Shown here: positions 56,877 through 64,000 of the stretch, piece after piece | Position numbering within the stretch: position 1 is the first letter of the stretch | How the letters are laid out: each line of letters starts with the position of its first letter | The notes under the pieces: model-generated | What the model saw: only the letters and a program-made list of their open reading frames with translations | Database searches by the model: none | What the model was told of the DNA's origin: nothing | Source: a virus | Direction: 5' to 3' (one strand) | Length of the DNA stretch: 64,000 nucleotides | IMG/VR virus record: IMGVR_UViG_3300045825_000202 | Span: 1-64,000 of that record | Made by a program: the position numbers and the translations under genes

Positions 56877-58673
56877 TTACTCCAATTTGCTAATATTATT
56901 TTCTTTTAATACTTCTAATTTCTCAATAAGTGGGTGGCTAAACGAATGACTAATTAATAGTACATTTAGTGATTCCTCATTTAAAAGCACTTCTACTAGC
57001 CTTTCCTTACCCTCGCTATCGAGTACCTCAATAGTTTCATCTAAAATAAGTAAATTAGTTCGGCTATTAGAAATTGATTGCATAAGCTTACGGATAGCAA
57101 GTAGCGTAGATATTAAAACTCTTGCGCGCTCGCCAGAAGATAGAGCGGCAATATCAATATCTTTAGAATTATCTGTAATAACCACATTTAGTTTGTCCGA
57201 TACTACAACGAAAGATAATTGAAATCTGCCATCAGACATTACTGCTAGATACTCGTTAGTAAGGGCTTCTAGATCTTTAACCATACATTCAATTTTTAGT
57301 GCAACTAAGCCAGTGTTACTAAATGTCTTGACCAGAATCTGTAAATTACTTAGTTCGGCTACGCGTAGCTTAAGTTCTTCACTAAGTACTAGACGCTCGG
57401 CAGTCATTTCTACTAGCTGCTCAGATACTACCTTAGCCTTTGAATTATGTTCAGTAATAGTCTTATTTCGTAATCTAGTAGCTGCTATTGCTGATTCAGA
57501 AACTTTTATAGACGCAGTATAAGAAGCAATTTCTTTATCTAGTACGTCTTTATCAAGTAACTCAGAAGGCATACTAGGGTCAATAAGCATGTGATACTTT
57601 TCCCACTCTTGAACCTTTTTATCGTACTCTTGATAAACTTTATTGGCTCGTTCAGCGTCCTTAATATTAGATTCTAGCTTATCTAACTCTGCCTGTAGTA
57701 TAGGTTTTTTACTAATAAAATTAGTAACTCTAGTAAACATAACTAAGTTGTCCATATCCTGAGAACAGGTAGGACACTTAATTATCTTAGTTGAAGGTTT
57801 CTTAGATAGAGCTAATCCATCTTTTAGTTCTTGCTGAATACTGCCTACTCGTAGTACCCATTCCTTTAATAGAGGATGGTCAGGTTTAGTATAAGGACTA
57901 TCAATATTAATACTAGCTAATACAGTCTTATAAGTATTATTCTGCGAAATCTTCTTATTAGTAGTACTAATATTAGTTAGTTCTTTATTTAATAAAACTA
58001 CTTGCTCTCGCATTCCTACTGGTTCAGGAATTTCTTCTTCTAGTTCTTTAATAGTCAGGTCTGTTTTAGAGTACTTAGTTAACCAGTTATTAATAGTCTC
58101 TATCTTAGCAGAAATAGTATCTACCTGTTTAGACATACCACTAGCTAGTTCTTTAAATACATCTAGTGCTTTAGTATACTTACCTAGATTAAGTAGATCA
58201 ATTAGAAACTTCTTTCTAGTTGAATCAGTAGCAGTTAAGAACTCAAGTGAAGATACACTGCTTTGGTAGACGATCTGACTGAAAGTCTTATGGTCAAATC
58301 CTAGGATATATTCTATTTGCTTATATGTTCCAGTTGCTGTCTTAAGACTGATGTCTTCTTCATTACGAAATAGCTTAACTGTGCTAGTAGAGATAGTTCT
58401 AACAGTATTAACAGTAAACGGTACACCATCTTTTTCAAACCTTACTTCAATTGAATAGTTCTTTGACTTAACGTAGCGATTAAGAATATCTGCTTTCTTA
58501 ATCTTTTTAGAGTTAGTATTAAATAGGCACTCTTCAATAATAAGTGCAATAGAACTCTTACCATTACCGTTCTTACCTACTAGTTGAGTAAGAATATTCT
58601 CGTCTAATCGTATTTTATTGCTCTCACCATATGAGAAGCAGTTAGACCAGCTAACTTCAGTAAATTTAATCAT
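56877..58673 (-). CDS. D13: SbcC/Rad50-like recombination ATPase (T5 D13-like)
   Basis: G.NG.GKSS, CPTC zinc hook, LSSGE and LDE motifs. Confidence 0.92.
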   Translation of the reverse strand: MIKFTEVSWSNCFSYGESNKIRLDENILTQLVGKNGNGKSSIALIIEECLFNTNSKKIKKADILNRYVKSKNYSIEVRFEKDGVPFTVNTVRTISTSTVKLFRNEEDISLKTATGTYKQIEYILGFDHKTFSQIVYQSSVSSLEFLTATDSTRKKFLIDLLNLGKYTKALDVFKELASGMSKQVDTISAKIETINNWLTKYSKTDLTIKELEEEIPEPVGMREQVVLLNKELTNISTTNKKISQNNTYKTVLASINIDSPYTKPDHPLLKEWVLRVGSIQQELKDGLALSKKPSTKIIKCPTCSQDMDNLVMFTRVTNFISKKPILQAELDKLESNIKDAERANKVYQEYDKKVQEWEKYHMLIDPSMPSELLDKDVLDKEIASYTASIKVSESAIAATRLRNKTITEHNSKAKVVSEQLVEMTAERLVLSEELKLRVAELSNLQILVKTFSNTGLVALKIECMVKDLEALTNEYLAVMSDGRFQLSFVVVSDKLNVVITDNSKDIDIAALSSGERARVLISTLLAIRKLMQSISNSRTNLLILDETIEVLDSEGKERLVEVLLNEESLNVLLISHSFSHPLIEKLEVLKENNISKLE

Positions 58674-59622
58674 CTATCTTATTCATATTATTATTTAGTA
58701 GATCAATTGCTGCATCTACAGTTTTCTGATCTAGTTCAAGAACATAAAGTAGGTATTCCTGAACTTCCTCCTGCAAGCTCATATTAGGGTCTAGTATGAG
58801 AGTAGTATCAGTACTTCTAGTAACTAACTTCTTATCTATTAAATCATTATCAGCAATAGTACCTAGTTCTGACATATCGCCTTCTAGTTCATATATTGTA
58901 TGATCGTAGTCAGTCGCTACCATAGGATCGCCTGCTCTAATAGTTTTTCTGATAAGTTGAGGTACAGTAATTTTTATCCATTCAATATTGTGATCCTCAG
59001 TATTGAATATAATTACTCCAGTATCTACTTTAGTTCTGTGAAAACTAGTTGTTAATGGCGAACCCGGGTAGTTTAGGTTCCTTTGGGAATTTTCCCTAGA
59101 GTGTAAGTCACCAAGAAGTACTATCTTAAATCGGTCAAATATACTAAGATCAACTTCAGGCTTTACATATGGAGGAATTGCTCCTCTACAATGCGTAAAC
59201 AACACATCAGACTGTAACGAGTCATTACCATTCTTTTCAAAGTCTTTTAAGCAGTTATACGGAATAAAATCTAATCCTTGATACGTATAGTAGTTATCAA
59301 TAATTCTTACTAAAGGATTAATAGCGTTAGTGACTTCTTTAAGATGAGTAAGAAACGTAGTACTTTTACCTACTGCACAGTGGTTACCGGGGATAATAAT
59401 AGTTTCTACGGTAGACTTCTTAATAAACTCAAAGTAAAGAGATAACTCCTCCATCGAAGGTAACTTATCGAACAAATCCCCTGCTATTACGTGTAACGTA
59501 ACTTTACTCTCTAACTTATGAATTTCTTCAAATAGAATTCGGTATCTATTTATTGCCCAGTCTTTGGGCACGCTCTTTTGAGAGAGTTTCAGGTGATAAT
59601 CACAGCTTACTAATATGTTCAT
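58666..59622 (-). CDS. D12: SbcD/Mre11-like nuclease (T5 D12-like)
   Basis: D.H, GDLFD, GNH, GDLH and YPGSP motifs. Confidence 0.9.
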   Translation of the reverse strand: MNILVSCDYHLKLSQKSVPKDWAINRYRILFEEIHKLESKVTLHVIAGDLFDKLPSMEELSLYFEFIKKSTVETIIIPGNHCAVGKSTTFLTHLKEVTNAINPLVRIIDNYYTYQGLDFIPYNCLKDFEKNGNDSLQSDVLFTHCRGAIPPYVKPEVDLSIFDRFKIVLLGDLHSRENSQRNLNYPGSPLTTSFHRTKVDTGVIIFNTEDHNIEWIKITVPQLIRKTIRAGDPMVATDYDHTIYELEGDMSELGTIADNDLIDKKLVTRSTDTTLILDPNMSLQEEVQEYLLYVLELDQKTVDAAIDLLNNNMNKIDD

Positions 59623-60299
59623 ATATTGTGTTCTACCTTAAACTTCTCATACGCTTCCGATGCTAATTCAGGAGTAGTAAAATAACCTAAAAAGAATTTC
59701 TCTCCTCTATTAGTTATAGAGGATTTCCATCCATCAGGAGTATAACATACTCCTGTATACCCAGAAATATTTCTACTACTAATAGTAGTATTACGCTTAT
59801 TAGTACTTCGATCTACATCCCTAAGATTACTAATACTATTATTGGTAGGATTCCTATCTATATGATCTATAAATTCTGTTGGCCATACCTTATATGTGTA
59901 TAACCATGCTAACCTATGTGCATAATACTGGTGTTTACCTAGAGTAATTACTACATATCCATCATCTTTAGTACATCCTGCAATACTACCAATTTTAGCA
60001 GTAAACTTTCTATTTTCTTTCCATTTAAATATACCTGTTAAAGAATTATACTCTAGAACATCCACTAATTCTTCATAGGTTATAGTACTAGATATTTCAG
60101 TATACTGTTTGTACACACCAGTTAAAAATAGAGATTTAAGTAATAGTGTTGTATACTTTATAGTATCAATACGGGTCCGTCTAACTGACATATCTACTAC
60201 GTCGCCTTTAATCCTTTTCCTGTCCGTATACTTCCAAGTAATCTGGTCAGTTTCGGGGTTATAGTCCCATAGTTCTTGTAATCGTTGTTGTGTTGCCAT
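59619..60299 (-). CDS. HNH-AP2 homing endonuclease
   Basis: Y...TG.F.W, AHRLAW, IDHID....NN...NLR and AP2-like LG.F.T.E.A..AY. Confidence 0.88.
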   Translation of the reverse strand: MATQQRLQELWDYNPETDQITWKYTDRKRIKGDVVDMSVRRTRIDTIKYTTLLLKSLFLTGVYKQYTEISSTITYEELVDVLEYNSLTGIFKWKENRKFTAKIGSIAGCTKDDGYVVITLGKHQYYAHRLAWLYTYKVWPTEFIDHIDRNPTNNSISNLRDVDRSTNKRNTTISSRNISGYTGVCYTPDGWKSSITNRGEKFFLGYFTTPELASEAYEKFKVEHNI

Positions 60300-60348
60300 A
60301 GTAGTATAAATAGCCGCTATAGATTAACTCCATAGCGGCTTATTTAGT

Positions 60349-61053
60349 TTAGGTCAAATCACTCACCGCTTCTGCATCAATACCAGTTTCAGTAGGTACA
60401 TCATCTTCCTCACTAAGACCCTTCTTTACTTTCTCAAGTAACTTAAGAATCTCATCACTAGTAGGAAGTGGGAACTTTTCATCAATAGTAAGGGCTGCTG
60501 CAACTACTGTGCGTTCAGCTTCAGTAAGAGGACGTTTCTTAAGTTTAAGAACAGATAAGGTATATTCAACATTAAAAGCGGCACTTCCCGTTTTAACCTT
60601 TTTGAATACAATGTCAAAACCTTCATCAGGATCAGTAGGGTCAAGACCTAGATCTTCTGCAGCAGAAAGAATCTGAGCAAATAACTTCTTTTTCAAGTTA
60701 AATACCTTAACCTTACCATCAGTAGGGTCAATACAATTGACTGAGTATGCCCACGAGCATTTTTGCTCAGGGAAGAAGTCTTGAACATGATCCACTTGAT
60801 TATTATTAAACTTCTCTTCTTCACGAGAGAAGGATAAACATTCCGCTGGAATCTGTTTACCATTACCTGTAGTTAACCAATATAAATACCTGGGTAGTAG
60901 TCCACCTACCATACGTAGTACATTCTCATTGTCTTTAATCTTGTAAGATTCATGACTATTCTTAATTGCAGAGCCATTTGTTGTTTTAAAGCTAATCGCC
61001 ATATTATTTCTTTCTAGTTTGTTTTGGTTTATTTGACTTATATTAAGGTACAA
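60349..61053 (-). CDS. D11: single-stranded DNA-binding protein (T5 D11-like; start probably MAISF)
   Basis: RY.YW, LKKKLF.QI, DPTD...G and VEY.L motifs; acidic tail. Confidence 0.8.
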   Translation of the reverse strand: MYLNISQINQNKLERNNMAISFKTTNGSAIKNSHESYKIKDNENVLRMVGGLLPRYLYWLTTGNGKQIPAECLSFSREEEKFNNNQVDHVQDFFPEQKCSWAYSVNCIDPTDGKVKVFNLKKKLFAQILSAAEDLGLDPTDPDEGFDIVFKKVKTGSAAFNVEYTLSVLKLKKRPLTEAERTVVAAALTIDEKFPLPTSDEILKLLEKVKKGLSEEDDVPTETGIDAEAVSDLT

Positions 61054-61056
61054 TAC

Positions 61057-61455
61057 TTAGTCAGAGTATTGTACTGGTAATTCCTCATACTTAAATTTAA
61101 TCTCGGTAGGACTAATAATAAGTAAAGGATTATGACTAATTGCACTATGATTCAAGTCCGGGTAGAACGAAGTTTCTAGTGCTTTATACTTGTACTGCTT
61201 ATAGAGTAAGTAATCTCGCATAGCCGCAAGTTTTAGATACTGTAGTTTGTACAGTATATCCGTAGTTTTGTCATCTAAGAAAGGCTTAGGGTTGACTAAA
61301 AACGAGTGGCCGTGTATCGGAACACGCGAAGGAGGAAACTTATCCCTTTTTGAGGGGATAGTCTTTTTATTATAGTGGTGAGTTAGAAGAGTAAATAGTT
61401 TTAAGGTATTACCTGCTGCCTGCTCTTCTAGTAGTTTCTGATTGAAAAATATCAT
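61057..61455 (-). CDS. hypothetical protein (T5-like, between D10 and D11)
   Basis: G.SFL.NP and QY..LA..R.Y motifs; synteny. Confidence 0.65.
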   Translation of the reverse strand: MIFFNQKLLEEQAAGNTLKLFTLLTHHYNKKTIPSKRDKFPPSRVPIHGHSFLVNPKPFLDDKTTDILYKLQYLKLAAMRDYLLYKQYKYKALETSFYPDLNHSAISHNPLLIISPTEIKFKYEELPVQYSD

Positions 61456-61994
61456 TGGTATAGGCTTTCCTTATATATAAGGGCCTCTTCCCACGCTTTA
61501 TCCTTACCTAACTTCAAATAACTAAATTTTTTCTGGTATTTGATTCCATGTACTACTAAATAGACTGACGCGTACTTATAACCTGTGGCAGTAGTAAGTT
61601 CATTAATACCATTTATACCACTAGTATTAGTTATACGTAACCCAACTCTGGTTTGCATCTTAGTTTTATTTAAATTAGTCATCCTAGAGCATAATTCTAG
61701 ATTAGATATATTATTGTTACTTGGATTAATATCTATATGATTAATTACTAGATGTGAAGCTACTTCATCATCAGCATGTAATGCCCATACTATTCTATGT
61801 ACTAGGTATAAAATAGAATTTATGTGTATTACCCAGTACCCGTCCTTACGCATACATCCAGCTACACCGTCTTTAGGGGCCCTAGAACCTTTATATATCT
61901 TCCATCTTAAAAAGCTTGGACTAGTATCATCGTAGTAAATAATTTGCTCTAGTATGTTTTTATCTAGTTTAGATGCACTCATTGTATTTGCCAT
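61452..61994 (-). CDS. HNH homing endonuclease
   Basis: HRIVW, INHID.N..NN...NL and NTSG..G motifs. Confidence 0.85.
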   Translation of the reverse strand: MANTMSASKLDKNILEQIIYYDDTSPSFLRWKIYKGSRAPKDGVAGCMRKDGYWVIHINSILYLVHRIVWALHADDEVASHLVINHIDINPSNNNISNLELCSRMTNLNKTKMQTRVGLRITNTSGINGINELTTATGYKYASVYLVVHGIKYQKKFSYLKLGKDKAWEEALIYKESLYQ

Positions 61995-62062
61995 TACATA
62001 CTATCCTCCTGCCTTAATAAAGTATTGATGCTTACTGGGTATAATATCCTTAGTAATCATCA

Positions 62063-62091
62063 ATTATACCATCTTTACACCCTAGGGTCAA
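62063..62091 (-). promoter_or_regulatory. sigma70 promoter, leftward
   Basis: TTGACC-17-TATAAT; overlaps ACCCTAGGGTC. Confidence 0.8.
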
Positions 62092-62128
62092 GTGTAAAAT
62101 TAATGATGTAGTTAGGTCATTGCTTAGG

Positions 62129-63418
62129 CTATTCAACTTCCCACCCCTTTCTCTGGTAGAACCCCATGCGCATCTTATTCTGACGCTTATCACTAGGACT
62201 ACTAAAGTTCATATCAATTACTAAAGGATTTAGTTTATCAGGATGCATACGTTGTACACGACCTATGATCTGCTCTAGTAACGAATCATTTGCAACTGGA
62301 GAAGCTAGAATGGCGCAGCTAAGAATATTTACCGACCATCCTTCTGAGACGATTTGACGGCTTCCAGCCACGCAATCTTTTTCGCCGGACTCGATTTGCT
62401 TTGTGACGGCAAGTCTTTGTTCGAGTGTTGATTCACCAGTAATGAGCAAGCATTTTTCACCAATTAATTCCTTTACGTTCTGTAAAAATTCAACTCGGTC
62501 AGCAACAATTAGAACCTTATGTCCTACTGATATTTCTTTAGCTGCAATTACTGCAATTAGTTCCTGATAGTCTGGGTCGTATAGTAGAGTATTAATCTTA
62601 TTAGCCCAGGCTTCACCTTCTGGTAAGCTAAAGCCTGTCTTATGGATTCTAATAGTAGGTATCAGTGTATTTTCTTGTGGTGGTTGGTATAGTTTTAGTC
62701 CAAAGAAATCCTTAAATAGAATATGCTTTCCATCTTTACGATTAATTGTACCAGATAAGCCAATCTTATACCTAGCGTACATTCCGTCTAGAAAAGTAGA
62801 AAAGGTAACACAACTGATATGGTGAGACTCGTCTACCACGACTGTACCAAACTCCTTACATATATTGGGTAATTCCTTAATCAAAGTCTGAATGTTACCA
62901 ACTACAATACTATGGTCAATATCAAACTGTCCACTACCAATAATACCGCACTCCATACCATATAACTTCTTTACTTCCTCAACCCACTGATCACGTAGCA
63001 TAGTATTATGACATACTATAAGAGTTTTCTTACCTAATTTCCTAGCAATATGTAATGCTAGGAAGGTTTTACCGAAACCCACCATAGCATTAATAAAGCA
63101 GTTATCTTCTACATCATTATAGATATCAATCTGACTATCTCTCAAAGGTAGTCGTGGTTCTGGAAATGGGTAGTCCTCAACAATACGCTTATCTATGATC
63201 TCATACCCTTTAGGAATAAGATCAATTCTACCAATAGGGATAGCAATCGCACCCCTAGGTAGAAGTTTATAGTTTTTAACTATCTCGAACTGAGAAAAGT
63301 GCGTAAGTCCAGGTCGTGGAGGTTTCTTGATTTTATAGGTTAAAGTTTTCTTTAGTGATTCTAGTATTTCAGCTGTAGCGTCTAGGTAAATTCTATTACT
63401 TAGAATTGCTTTAGGCAT
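62129..63418 (-). CDS. D10: SF2 helicase (T5 D10-like)
   Basis: G.GKT, DESH, GLSGT and Q..GR..R motifs. Confidence 0.9.
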   Translation of the reverse strand: MPKAILSNRIYLDATAEILESLKKTLTYKIKKPPRPGLTHFSQFEIVKNYKLLPRGAIAIPIGRIDLIPKGYEIIDKRIVEDYPFPEPRLPLRDSQIDIYNDVEDNCFINAMVGFGKTFLALHIARKLGKKTLIVCHNTMLRDQWVEEVKKLYGMECGIIGSGQFDIDHSIVVGNIQTLIKELPNICKEFGTVVVDESHHISCVTFSTFLDGMYARYKIGLSGTINRKDGKHILFKDFFGLKLYQPPQENTLIPTIRIHKTGFSLPEGEAWANKINTLLYDPDYQELIAVIAAKEISVGHKVLIVADRVEFLQNVKELIGEKCLLITGESTLEQRLAVTKQIESGEKDCVAGSRQIVSEGWSVNILSCAILASPVANDSLLEQIIGRVQRMHPDKLNPLVIDMNFSSPSDKRQNKMRMGFYQRKGWEVE

Positions 63419-63601
63419 TTATTTCCTTTATTTATTGTTTGCTATATGTTTCTTCTGTTTCTACTGCTTCTTCGTAAGTTAGAGGCTCAAAATTACCCTC
63501 TAACTCTACGTACCAGCAGGTTGGCCCCATTCGTAGGAACCATTCCTCATTCATCTTTACACGGTTAATACTCTGCTCAACATTAACAAAATTTTTGGTA
63601 T

Positions 63602-63970
63602 TTATACCATTCTCCTAGTAGTTTCGGGTATGCTTGAGTATAATCCATATAAGACTGTTGCCAGTCCCATATGTAAAATCCCAGCACATTTTTCTGCTGC
63701 TATGGGTGTGTGTAGAACCTTAAATCTATTAGGTATCCCATCAACTTCGATAATTGCTCCTCCCGTTTGTATGGGGATTATCTTAGTTATCTTGTGGAAG
63801 TCTAACTTAACACTTGTTGTTTTCTTATAGTTAAATAACTTACCATTAGAGTCTATAAACCAAGTTTTAGGGTTTGCAATCTTTATTAGATCCCCTAGGA
63901 AGAATAGCGCATTCTTCAACTTGAATAGCGGTACACCGTCCGCTAGTAGACGAAGGCGGCGTTTTGCCAA
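63602..63970 (-). CDS. hypothetical protein, probably truncated by the window edge
   Basis: FIDS.G..F.Y.K motif ending TRR.V; frame appears to run off the right end. Confidence 0.6.
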   Translation of the reverse strand: MAKRRLRLLADGVPLFKLKNALFFLGDLIKIANPKTWFIDSNGKLFNYKKTTSVKLDFHKITKIIPIQTGGAIIEVDGIPNRFKVLHTPIAAEKCAGILHMGLATVLYGLYSSIPETTRRMV

Positions 63971-64000
63971 GGAGTCGCCTTCTATACTTATATCGTCTAT

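Noticed and set aside
1-64000. tRNA genes, TAG stop-codon reassignment, diversity-generating retroelement or retron
   Set aside because: No cloverleaf recognised by eye (not scanned); genes are full length in the standard code; no reverse transcriptase in the window.

Overview
A 64-kb, AT-rich segment of a lytic T5-like siphophage (Demerecviridae-like gene content and order) infecting a Gram-negative host. From left to right: (i) the tail end of an early region (GIY-YIG endonuclease, 335-aa hypothetical, A2 paralogue); (ii) a ~3-kb mostly non-coding region (3.07-6.2 kb) full of repeats, palindromes and strong sigma70 promoters, positioned where T5 has its injection-stop region; (iii) a minus-strand pre-early cluster (A2, A1, HAD phosphatase, SprT-like protein, many tiny ORFs), then a nested palindrome near the likely terminal-repeat boundary (~12.2 kb); (iv) a plus-strand late region (TerS, TerL, nicking HNH, portal, fused protease-capsid, T5-type neck and tube, lambda-type tail tip, fibres, spanins, holin, GH19 endolysin, PhoH, accessory virion proteins); (v) minus-strand DNA metabolism genes (class II RNR, dUTPase, D15/D14/D13/D12/D11/D10 homologues, HNH endonucleases). 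The standout signal is an ORF-free ~1.09-kb minus-strand transcription unit (about 5446 to 4358) with four stacked consensus promoters and an intrinsic terminator. It contains two interlocked type I hammerhead ribozymes predicted to excise a 141-nt RNA whose ends refold into a ligation-competent hammerhead, followed by an array of small pseudoknots. All calls were made by eye; no database search or folding program was run.
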